A stretch of DNA of 64,000 nucleotides from an uncultured bacterium (GTDB lineage Bacteria; Eisenbacteria; RBG-16-71-46), in assembly GCA_964609125.1 (NCBI GenBank), contig CAZSQX010000001.1, forward strand, positions 54,459-118,458. The letters are read 5' to 3'. The stretch's first letter is position 1; each line of letters begins with the position of its first letter. The notes under the pieces were generated by a model that was not told the origin of the DNA, ran no database searches, and was given only the letters and a program-made list of their open reading frames with translations. Of this stretch, positions 56,132 through 64,000 are shown in pieces. The position numbers and the translations under genes are program-made.

Positions 56132-57205
56132 CTACGCCGCGGGGTCCTGAGTCGCGTAGCTCTCGAACGTCGCGCGCTCCACCGCGTGCTCGTACGCCTC
56201 GTCTCCCGTGATTACCTCGCGGCGCACGAGGTCCATGAGCACGGCGTCCAGGCTCTGCATCCCCGAGCGCTGCCCCGCCTGGATCGCGCTGACCAGCTTG
56301 TGCGTGTTGCCCTGGCGGATCATCGAGCTCACCGCGTGCGTGTTCACGAGCACCTCCGCCGCCACCAGCCGCCCGCTCCGATCCGCCTTGCGCACCAGCT
56401 GCTGCGACACCACCAGCCGCAGCGTGTCCGCCATCATCGTCCGCACCTGGTCCTGCTTCCGCGCCGGGAAGACGTTCACGATCCGGTCCACGCAGCGCAC
56501 GGCGCCGTTCGTGTGCAGCGTGCCCAGCACCATGATCCCCGTCTCGGCTGCGGTCAGCGCCAGCGCGATGGTCTCCCGGTCGCGCATCTCGCCCACCATG
56601 ACCACGTCCGGATCCTCGCGGACCACGCTGCGCAGCGCTTCGGCGAACGAACTGGCGTGCGTGCCGATCTCGCGCTGCGTCACCACGCACTGGCGGTAGC
56701 CGTGCACGAACTCGATCGGGTCCTCCACCGTGATGATGTGGCCGCGGCGGGTCGCATTGAGGTGCGAGATCATGCCCGCCAGCGTCGTGGACTTGCCCGA
56801 GCCCGTCGGCCCGGTGACGAGCACGAGGCCCTTGCCCACGGCCAGCATCTGGGGGACCACGGCCGGCAGGTTCAACGACTCGAGCGAGGGGGGCTCGGCG
56901 GGGATCACGCGGAACGCCGCGGCCAGGCCGGTGGCGTGCCGGTAGACGTTGACCCGGAACCGGCCGGCCACCTCGGACTCGTAGGCGAAGTCCACGTTCT
57001 GGTCGCGGGCCAGCACCTCGCGCTGCTCCGGCGCCATGAATTCCTCGAGGAAGTCGTTCATGTCCGCGGCCGTGACGTCGCGGAACCGCACCGGCTCGAG
57101 CACGCCGTTCAGCCGGATGCGGATCGGCTGGCCCGAGACCAGGTGCACGTCGGAGCCGCCCTGCTTCACCGCCAGCTCGAGGAACGCGTCGATGCGGTTG
57201 GTCAT
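56132..57205 (-). CDS. PilT/PilU-family type IV pilus retraction ATPase
   Basis: ATG at 57205. Walker A GPTGSGKST. EDPIEF. C-terminal MIRQG...GMQSLD. Confidence 0.85.
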   Translation of the reverse strand: MTNRIDAFLELAVKQGGSDVHLVSGQPIRIRLNGVLEPVRFRDVTAADMNDFLEEFMAPEQREVLARDQNVDFAYESEVAGRFRVNVYRHATGLAAAFRVIPAEPPSLESLNLPAVVPQMLAVGKGLVLVTGPTGSGKSTTLAGMISHLNATRRGHIITVEDPIEFVHGYRQCVVTQREIGTHASSFAEALRSVVREDPDVVMVGEMRDRETIALALTAAETGIMVLGTLHTNGAVRCVDRIVNVFPARKQDQVRTMMADTLRLVVSQQLVRKADRSGRLVAAEVLVNTHAVSSMIRQGNTHKLVSAIQAGQRSGMQSLDAVLMDLVRREVITGDEAYEHAVERATFESYATQDPAA

Positions 57206-57207
57206 CG

Positions 57208-58308
57208 TCAGGCCGCCCGGAACTCGCCGTTGACGATGCCCAGCAGCTCGGGCCGGGTCAGGAACGGAGCGAATCCCCACTTGTCCTCGGCGCGCAGGAA
57301 CGCCTCGTCGGGGTCGATCTCGCCGGCGCGCACGAGCGCGAGCAGCGACTGGTCCATGAGCTGCATCCCCTGCCGCTTGCCGGTGGTGATCGCGCCCGGG
57401 ATCTGGAACGACTTGCCCTCGCGGATCATCTGCTGCACCGCGACGTTCACCACCAGCACCTCGTGCGCCGCGCGCCGCCCGCGCCCGTCCGCGCAGCGGA
57501 CCAGTTCCTGGCACACGACCGCCTTGAGGTTCTCGGCGAGCGAATGGCGCACCTGCGCGTGGTTCTCGGAAGGATGCGCGTCCACGATGCGGTCGATCGT
57601 CTGCGCGGCGCCGCGCGTGTGCAGCGTGCCCAGCACGAGGTGGCCCGTCTCGGCCGCCTCCAGCGCGAGCGTGACGGTCTCGGGGTCGCGCAGCTCGCCC
57701 ACGAGGATCACGTCGGGATCCTCGCGCAGGGCCGCGCGCAGCCCGGCCTCGAACGAGGCCACGTGCACGCCCAGCTCGCGCTGGATGATCTGGCAGCGCC
57801 CGCTCGGGTGCACGAACTCGATTGGATCCTCGAGCGTGAGGATGTTGAGCGACTCGCGTTCGTTGATCTCGCGGATCATCGCCGCCAGCGTCGTGGACTT
57901 GCCGCTGCCGGTCGTGCCGGTGATCAGCACCAGGCCGTTCGAGAGGCGCGTGAACTGGGAGATCACGCGCGGCAGTCCGAGCTCGGCCAGCGTCGGCACC
58001 TGGTCCGGGATGATGCGGCAGATGGCCGAGACCCCGGCGCGATGCCGGACGACGTTGATCCGGAAACGCCCGAGCGTCTCCGCGGTGTAGCCGAGGTCCA
58101 CGGTGCCGGCGTGCTCGAGGCGGGTCCACTGCTCGTTCGTCATGATCTCGCGGATCAGGTCCCGGCACTCCTGTTCCGTGAGCGTGCGGTACTGGATCGG
58201 CATCAGGTCGTCGTCCAGCCGGACGAGCGGTGGCAGCCCGACCACCAAGTGGATGTCCGATCCGCCCTGCTGCCGGCCGATCTCGAGGAACGCGTCGAGG
58301 CGAGGCAT
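57208..58308 (-). CDS. pilT: PilT-family twitching-motility ATPase
   Basis: Walker A GTTGSGKST. LEDPIEF. C-terminal MIREGK...GMQLMDQSL. Its stop is 2 nt before the downstream paralogue's ATG. Confidence 0.85.
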   Translation of the reverse strand: MPRLDAFLEIGRQQGGSDIHLVVGLPPLVRLDDDLMPIQYRTLTEQECRDLIREIMTNEQWTRLEHAGTVDLGYTAETLGRFRINVVRHRAGVSAICRIIPDQVPTLAELGLPRVISQFTRLSNGLVLITGTTGSGKSTTLAAMIREINERESLNILTLEDPIEFVHPSGRCQIIQRELGVHVASFEAGLRAALREDPDVILVGELRDPETVTLALEAAETGHLVLGTLHTRGAAQTIDRIVDAHPSENHAQVRHSLAENLKAVVCQELVRCADGRGRRAAHEVLVVNVAVQQMIREGKSFQIPGAITTGKRQGMQLMDQSLLALVRAGEIDPDEAFLRAEDKWGFAPFLTRPELLGIVNGEFRAA

Positions 58309-58320
58309 GGCGGGCGTCGG

Positions 58321-60717
58321 CTACATCGCGGCCCGGACCGCCTCCAGCATCGCGAGCGCGCTGGCGGGACGGTCCTGCGGGTGGCGCGACATCGCGCGCA
58401 TGACGAGGTCGTTGACCGCGACGGGGATGCCGGCGGCGACGCTGCAAAGCGGCGGCACCGTGGCCTCGAGGTGCTGGAACAGCACGTTCACCGCGTTGGC
58501 TCCCGAGAACGGCTGCTTGCCGGACATCGCCTCGTAGAGCACGACGCCGAGCGAATAGAGGTCCGAGCGCGCGTCCACGTCGCTGCCGGTGATCTGCTCC
58601 GGCGAGATGTACTCCGGCGTGCCGACCAAGATGCCGCTCTGGGTGAGCCGCGAGTGCGAGGAGTGGCTCACCGAGGCGAGTCCGAAGTCCACGATCTTGA
58701 GCTGGTCGCCGTCGCCGACGAGCAGGTTGGCCGGCTTGATGTCGCGATGGTGGATGCCCGTGGCGTGCGCGGCCGACAGGCCGGCCAGCGCCTGCTCGGC
58801 GATGTGCATCGCACGCGCGGGGGACAGCGGACCCTCCTGGCGCAGCAGCGCCCCGAGGTCGCGGGCGGCGAAGTGCTCCATGGAGATCGCGTGCGAACCC
58901 TCGAGGTCGAGCAGGTCGTGGATGCGGATGACGTTCGGGTGGGTGATCCGCCGCGTCAGCTTCAGCTCCTGCACGAAGCGCTTGATCATGGTCGGGTCCA
59001 GCGACAGCTGGGGCGAGAGGATCTTGAGGACCAGCGTCTCCTTCACCAGCACGTCCTCGACCAGGTAGACGGTGCCGAAGCCGCCGCCGCCGATCTTCTG
59101 CACCACCCGGAAGCGCCCGACGAGCTCGGTGCCGGGCGCGAGCTTCTGGAAGTTGAGCTTGACCGGCTCGCTCGGCACCGGCGTGGCGCCGGAGCCGGCC
59201 GGTGCGGTGCCCGCCGGGGTCGCGCCGCCGTGCGCCGGAGACGCCGGCGTGACCGGCGCCCCGAGCCCGCCGGGGCCCGAGCTCGGCTCGCCGTCGACGC
59301 GGCGCCCGCCGCGGACGGACATGGGCCGTTGCGCCTGCCGGGTGATGCGGACGCCGGCGCGGTCGAGCACCGCGACGATGACCTGGCGCGCGGACTCCGG
59401 CAGCTCGCGGTGGACGAGCGAGCTCAAGGCCTGCAGCGCCTCGCGACGCACCTCCACGTCGGACGACTCGGCGAGGCGCGACAGCGGCTCGACCACGCTC
59501 TCGCTGCCGAGCGCGCCGAGCGCCCGCACGCACAGCGGCAGCGCACGCGCGTCGCGGCCCATCATGCGCAGCAGGGGATCCACCGCCGCGGGGTCGCCGG
59601 TCTTGCCGAGCGCGTCCACCGCCCGCTCGCGCACCCACCAGTCCTCGTCCTCGAGCGCTTCGATGAGCGCCGGCACGGCGCGCGGGTCGGGGACCGTGTT
59701 CAGGATCTCGATCGCGTACCGGCGGGCGAACTCGTCGGGATCCCGGGTCAGATCGAGCACCGCGTCCACGACCTTGGGGCCGCCAAGCGTGCCGAGCGCG
59801 TCGGCGGCGCGCACGCGCACCCACCAATCGGCGTCGCGCAGCGCGTTCACGAGGTCCTTGATGGCGTCCGGCGTGACGACCTGGTTCAGCACCTCGACCG
59901 CGCCGCGACGGACGTATTCCGACTCGTCCTTGAGCGCGTCGAGCAGGTTCGGGACGGCGCGCACGTCGTTGAGCCCGACCAGCGCCTCGATGGCCGCGGT
60001 CTGGACCTTGAGGTCCTGGTCGCGCAACCGCGTGCACAGCGCCGGGATCGCCTCCTTGGCCTGCATGCGGACCACGCTGCGCACGGCCTCGAGCCGGACG
60101 GCGCCGTTCTCGTCCTTCACCAGCTTCGTCATGGCGGCGTTCGCGGCCGGGCCCGGAAGCCGGGCGAGCAGGCGCGCGACGTGCAGCCGGATCCACCATT
60201 CGGGGTGCGTCGTCAGCTCGAGCGCGTCCGCGAGGATGCTCGCGTCGGCGATCCGTTCGAGGATCCGGAACGCGCTGCTGCGCGCCTCCTTGCCGAGGTT
60301 CGGCAGAACGCGCAGCAGGGCGGTCGGGTGCACGCGCGCGGACTGCGCCTCGAGGATCGCCTCGAGCCGCGCCCGCGAAATGCGCTCGTCCGCGTACAGC
60401 GCGAGGAGCTGCGTCGCGTCGTAGGTCGTGGCGCGGCTCAGCACGAGCGCGGCGGCGTCGACCGTGTGCGTGCTCGGGGCGCGAAGCCCCTCGAGGAACG
60501 CCGGCAGGGTGTCCTGTCCGAGCAACGCCTGGAGCACGTCGAGCGTGGCCGGCGTGGCCGGCCCGGACTCCAGCGCGCGGAAGATCGAGTGCACGGCCGC
60601 CGCGCCCATCGCCTCGAGCTGGGCACGCGCCTCGACGAACTGGGAGTCGGACAGACGCGACGGCGACTGGAGCTGGCGCACGTGGCGGCTGGCCTGGAAG
60701 CGCTTGAGGATCTCCAT
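58321..60717 (-). CDS. HEAT-repeat (PBS-lyase-like) domain fused to a Hanks-type Ser/Thr protein kinase
   Basis: ATG at 60717 (MEILKRF). At least five HEAT-like repeats (DADWWVRVRAADALG, DEDWWVRERAVDALG...). The kinase half has GGGGFGTVY, VLKIL, HRDIKPANLL, DFG and GTPEYISPE. Confidence 0.8.
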   Translation of the reverse strand: MEILKRFQASRHVRQLQSPSRLSDSQFVEARAQLEAMGAAAVHSIFRALESGPATPATLDVLQALLGQDTLPAFLEGLRAPSTHTVDAAALVLSRATTYDATQLLALYADERISRARLEAILEAQSARVHPTALLRVLPNLGKEARSSAFRILERIADASILADALELTTHPEWWIRLHVARLLARLPGPAANAAMTKLVKDENGAVRLEAVRSVVRMQAKEAIPALCTRLRDQDLKVQTAAIEALVGLNDVRAVPNLLDALKDESEYVRRGAVEVLNQVVTPDAIKDLVNALRDADWWVRVRAADALGTLGGPKVVDAVLDLTRDPDEFARRYAIEILNTVPDPRAVPALIEALEDEDWWVRERAVDALGKTGDPAAVDPLLRMMGRDARALPLCVRALGALGSESVVEPLSRLAESSDVEVRREALQALSSLVHRELPESARQVIVAVLDRAGVRITRQAQRPMSVRGGRRVDGEPSSGPGGLGAPVTPASPAHGGATPAGTAPAGSGATPVPSEPVKLNFQKLAPGTELVGRFRVVQKIGGGGFGTVYLVEDVLVKETLVLKILSPQLSLDPTMIKRFVQELKLTRRITHPNVIRIHDLLDLEGSHAISMEHFAARDLGALLRQEGPLSPARAMHIAEQALAGLSAAHATGIHHRDIKPANLLVGDGDQLKIVDFGLASVSHSSHSRLTQSGILVGTPEYISPEQITGSDVDARSDLYSLGVVLYEAMSGKQPFSGANAVNVLFQHLEATVPPLCSVAAGIPVAVNDLVMRAMSRHPQDRPASALAMLEAVRAAM

Positions 60718-60773
60718 GCGCGGCTCGTTCGTCCTTCCTTGGCTGTACGCGGACGGGGGACCGTCCGCGCGTC

Positions 60774-61367
60774 TCAGCTCAGCGTGGGGCGCTGCAGGAC
60801 CAGCCACAGCACGACGGCGCCGATGGCGAGACCCACCAGCACGCCGAGCGCGATGCCGATCCAGGCCGGGACCGCCCGCTGCTTTACGTGGGGCGAGGCC
60901 GGTGCCGCCGGCGACTGCACCGCGACCACCCGGGGCGAACCGCTCCGCCTCTCCTGCTCGAGGATGCTCCCGATCTCGGCCCGCGAAAGCACGACCGTGT
61001 GGCCCAGCGTGTCGCTCACGGCGCTCACCACGGGCCCGCTGCGCTCGGCGCTGCGTCGGTCGGCCTCGTAGCCCACCCACAGCGTGTACTTCCCGAAGCG
61101 GATGACGTCGTTGTTGTGGACCAGGGACGTGTTCACCATCTGGTCGTTCACGAACGTGCCGTTCGCGCTGCCCAGGTCCACGACCTGGTACTCGCCCTGC
61201 GAGGTACGCTCGAGCCGGAAGTGGTCGCGCGAGACACCAGGATTGTCCACGTAGACGTCGGCGCCCGGGTCGCGGCCGACGCTGATGACCGGCTTCTCGA
61301 AGGTGTAGTTGCGCACCGGGCGTCCCATGAGGGAGAGCCGGAGCTTGATGACCTGACCGTCGGACAT
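60774..61367 (-). CDS. FHA-domain protein with C-terminal transmembrane anchor
   Basis: AGGAG lies 7 nt upstream of ATG 61367. FHA signature VISVGRD...SRDHFRLE...VVDLGSANGTFVN. C-terminal helix WIGIALGVLVGLAIGAVVLWLV. Confidence 0.75.
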   Translation of the reverse strand: MSDGQVIKLRLSLMGRPVRNYTFEKPVISVGRDPGADVYVDNPGVSRDHFRLERTSQGEYQVVDLGSANGTFVNDQMVNTSLVHNNDVIRFGKYTLWVGYEADRRSAERSGPVVSAVSDTLGHTVVLSRAEIGSILEQERRSGSPRVVAVQSPAAPASPHVKQRAVPAWIGIALGVLVGLAIGAVVLWLVLQRPTLS

Positions 61368-61594
61368 GGTCGGACTCCTGAGGCGGCGGCCGTCCTGGCC
61401 GCCGGTTGGCGTGGGAGCAGCCCCACGGGCCGGGATTCCCCGCTGGCATCGGCGCACGGACGCGGCGACTTGAGGGGGGAGTGCGGTCCGGGAGCGCCCC
61501 CGGGCGTGCTATCGTGCCCCCTCGCCTCGAACGCCCATCCGGGCCTGCGGCCTCGCGCGCCGCGGCCCGCCCCGATGCCCCGGAGGAGCCCGTC

Positions 61595-64000
61595 GTGACG
61601 CCACAGCCCCGTCTCCAGGGCCTCGCGCCCCGCCGTACGACCCCGCGACCCGACCCCGCCCGCGGCCTGGCCGCCGCGATGGTGGTCTGCCTGGCGGCGC
61701 TTCCGGGTTCGGCCTCGGCCAGCCCTCGCCCGCTCGAGCCGCTGGACGGCGGCGAGATCGCGCACGCGCTCCGGCGGCTCCAGGTCGTGGGTTCCGCGCT
61801 CTACGTGGCGGCCCACCCGGACGACGAGAACACGGCGCTGCTTGCTTGGCTGACCCACGTGAAGGGGGTGAGGACCGCCTACCTCTCGATGACCCGTGGC
61901 GACGGCGGCCAGAACCTGATCGGGGAGGAGCTGGGCGCGGCCCTGGGCGTCATCCGCACGCAGGAGCTGCTCGCCGCGCGGCGCATGGACGGAGCCGAGC
62001 AGCTGTTCACGCGCGCGCTCGACTTCGGCTATTCCAAGCGCGCCGACGAGACGCTGGCGTTCTGGGAGCACGACTCGGTGCTCGCCGACGTGGTCTGGGC
62101 CATCCGCCGGTTCCGGCCCGACATCGTCATCACGCGCTTCCCGCCGGACTCGACCGCGGGCCACGGGCACCACACGGCGTCCTCGATCCTGGCCGGCGAG
62201 GCGTTCGCGGCGGCCGCCGACCCCGAGCGCTTTCCCCTGCAGCTCGACCGGGTGTCGCCGTGGCGCGCGAGGCGGCTGTTCTGGAACGTGTTCACGTTCG
62301 GCCGCATCCCGAGCGTGGACTCGAGCTGGCTCGTGGTGGACGTGGGCGACTACGAGCCGCGCCTGGGCCGCTCGATGAGCGAGCTGGCCGGCCTTTCGCG
62401 CAGCAACCACAAGAGCCAGGGCTTCGGCGCGCCCGAGCGGCGCGGGACGCTCCTTAACCATCTCGCGCTCCGCGCCGGGGAGCCGGCGAGGCGCGACCCG
62501 TTCGAGGGCGTGGACCTCACCTGGAAGCGCTTCCGCGGCGGCGACGCCGTGGCGACGCTGCTCGCCCAGGCCGAGGGCGCGTTCGACGTGCGCCGGCCCG
62601 AGGCCGTGCTCCCGGTGCTCGCGCGCGCCCACGCCGCGATGCGGAAGCTCCCCGACGACCCGCTCGTCGAGCGACGGCGCCGAGAGCTCGAGCGAGTGAT
62701 GGCCTCGTGCGCCGGTCTGTGGCTGGAAGCGGTCTCGCTCCGACCGTCGGTGACCCCCGGGGAGATGGTGACGGTCGCCACCTCGGTGCTCGTTCGCCGC
62801 CCCGCCGCGGTGACGCTGGAGTCCGTGACGGTGGAGGAGCAGTCGCGGTCCGGCTCGCGCACGCTCGAGCCGAACCGCGCGGCGCCGGACACGTTTCGCT
62901 TCACGCCGGCGCGCGAGCTCGCGGTGACGCAGCCCTACTGGCTCGCGCTGCCCGCCGGCCGCGGGCTCTCGCGCGTCGCCGACCCCGCGGACCTCGGGAA
63001 CCCCGAGAGCCGCCCGGCGCTCGCGGCGCGGTTCCGGCTCTCGCTCGCCGGGGAGCCGGTCGAGTTCGAGCTGCCCGTGGCGCATCGCTGGACCGACCCC
63101 GTCCGGGGCGAGCGCTGGCGCCTGATGGAGGTCTCGCCGCCCGCCACGCTCGCGTTCGACCAGGGATTCCAGCTCTTCGACGTCGGCGGCGCCCCGCGCC
63201 AGGTGCGCGTCACGGTGCGCGCGAACCGGGCGAAGCTCTCGGGCGCGGTGCGCCTCGGGGTCCCGTCCGGCTGGGACGTGCGCCCGGCGCGGTTCCCCGT
63301 CGCGATCGAGGGCGCGGGTGCGGAGCAGACGGTGGAGTTCACGGTGACGCCGGGGTCCGCGGGCGGTGCGGCACGCGCCACGATCGAGGTGGATGGCCGC
63401 GACTGGTCATACTCCGGGCAGCGCATCGACCACGAGCACATTCCGGTTCAGACGCTTTACCAGCCCGCCGAGCTGAAGCTCGTGCGCGCCGAGCTCGCCA
63501 CGCGCGCGTCGCGCGTGGGCTATATCGCCGGCTCGGGCGACGAGCTCCCGGCGGCGCTCCGGCAGATGGGATCGAGCGTGACGCTCCTCTCCGACGACGA
63601 CGTCGCATACGGCGACCTGTCCGGCTTCGACACGATCGTGACCGGCGTGCGGGCCTACAACACGCGCCCGCGGCTGCGGGTGCTGCAGCCCCGGCTGCTC
63701 GACTGGGTCGCCGCCGGCGGCGCGCTGGTGATGCAGTACGTGACCACGTCGGACGGCCCGGTGGACTACCTGGGCCCGAAGCCGATGCGGCTCGGACGCG
63801 AACGCGTTTCGGTCGAGGACGCGCCGGTCACGTTCCTCAAGCCCGACCACCCGCTGCTCGCGGCCCCCAACGCGCTCGGTCCCGAAGACTTCGAGGGCTG
63901 GGTGCAGGAGCGCGGCATCTACTTCGCCGCCACTTGGGACCCGGACTACGAGGCGCTGCTCGGGAGCCGCGACCCCGGCGAACCTTCCCGCGAGGGCGGA
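61595..64000 (+). CDS. LmbE/PIG-L-family deacetylase with long C-terminal extension (3' end outside window)
   Basis: Not in the ORF track because no stop is reached. GGAGG lies 8 nt before GTG 61595. Signal-peptide-like MVVCLAALPGSASA. AAHPDDENTALLAW (HPDDE motif) and TAGHGHHTASS. The frame stays open to the window edge by my translation. Confidence 0.65.
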   Translation, partial: MTPQPRLQGLAPRRTTPRPDPARGLAAAMVVCLAALPGSASASPRPLEPLDGGEIAHALRRLQVVGSALYVAAHPDDENTALLAWLTHVKGVRTAYLSMTRGDGGQNLIGEELGAALGVIRTQELLAARRMDGAEQLFTRALDFGYSKRADETLAFWEHDSVLADVVWAIRRFRPDIVITRFPPDSTAGHGHHTASSILAGEAFAAAADPERFPLQLDRVSPWRARRLFWNVFTFGRIPSVDSSWLVVDVGDYEPRLGRSMSELAGLSRSNHKSQGFGAPERRGTLLNHLALRAGEPARRDPFEGVDLTWKRFRGGDAVATLLAQAEGAFDVRRPEAVLPVLARAHAAMRKLPDDPLVERRRRELERVMASCAGLWLEAVSLRPSVTPGEMVTVATSVLVRRPAAVTLESVTVEEQSRSGSRTLEPNRAAPDTFRFTPARELAVTQPYWLALPAGRGLSRVADPADLGNPESRPALAARFRLSLAGEPVEFELPVAHRWTDPVRGERWRLMEVSPPATLAFDQGFQLFDVGGAPRQVRVTVRANRAKLSGAVRLGVPSGWDVRPARFPVAIEGAGAEQTVEFTVTPGSAGGAARATIEVDGRDWSYSGQRIDHEHIPVQTLYQPAELKLVRAELATRASRVGYIAGSGDELPAALRQMGSSVTLLSDDDVAYGDLSGFDTIVTGVRAYNTRPRLRVLQPRLLDWVAAGGALVMQYVTTSDGPVDYLGPKPMRLGRERVSVEDAPVTFLKPDHPLLAAPNALGPEDFEGWVQERGIYFAATWDPDYEALLGSRDPGEPSREGG

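Noticed and set aside
1-64000. CRISPR arrays, IS elements/transposases, integrases, rRNA genes and additional tRNAs.
   Set aside because: No regularly spaced repeats were seen, and no DDE or tyrosine-recombinase-like ORFs. Only one tRNA-like cloverleaf (45941-46017) was found by eye. A tRNAscan or Infernal run would be needed to exclude others.

Overview
This window is a visibly very GC-rich bacterial chromosomal segment with almost no non-coding DNA. The first ~42 kb is one giant glycan / exopolysaccharide biosynthesis island, and the remaining ~20 kb holds sugar-nucleotide and glycogen genes, housekeeping genes and two signalling modules. All domain assignments below are from motif recognition by eye; no searches were run.

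**Glycan island (1–41941).**
- Two Wzx/MOP flippases.
- One polyprenyl glycosylphosphotransferase, the priming enzyme, at 27413–28333.
- Seven GT4 and at least six GT2 glycosyltransferases.
- Two AsnB-family amidotransferases, each starting Met-Cys-Gly with an SGGxDSS PP-loop.
- A polysaccharide deacetylase of the exosortase-locus type, starting FSFDIEDW.
- A DegT-type sugar aminotransferase, a UDP-glucose-dehydrogenase-family enzyme, an epimerase/dehydratase and a SAM methyltransferase.
- ManC, a SPOR lipoprotein and a hexapeptide-repeat nucleotidyltransferase.

**Most unusual feature of the island.** There are five large polytopic membrane proteins that look like GT-C-fold glycosyltransferases. 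Two of these are clearly ArnT/PMT-like (GT39). They are paired with polyprenol-phosphate-hexose-synthase-like GT2s (Dpm1/ArnC/GtrB/CsbB type) and with small DUF2304 or UPF0104 'flippase-like' membrane proteins. This gives two or three Gtr / Arn / CsbB–YfhO-like three-component modules, which transfer sugars from a lipid carrier on the periplasmic side.

**Gene organisation.** Genes are tightly packed and translationally coupled. At least 15 junctions are 4-nt GTGA / ATGA / TTGA start–stop overlaps.

**Downstream region (42007–64000).**
- galT–glgA, and glgX on the opposite strand.
- lysC, tRNA-Gly(GCC), and folE fused in an operon with a GT2 and a TrxB-like oxidoreductase that has lost its CxxC.
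- msrB.
- A divergent pair of HD-GYP proteins; the second carries a GAF domain and a GYP→GPF variant.
- A minus-strand operon: FHA membrane protein, HEAT-repeat Ser/Thr kinase and two PilT-family ATPases.
- A 3'-truncated LmbE/PIG-L-like deacetylase.

I saw no CRISPR arrays, transposases or rRNA genes.
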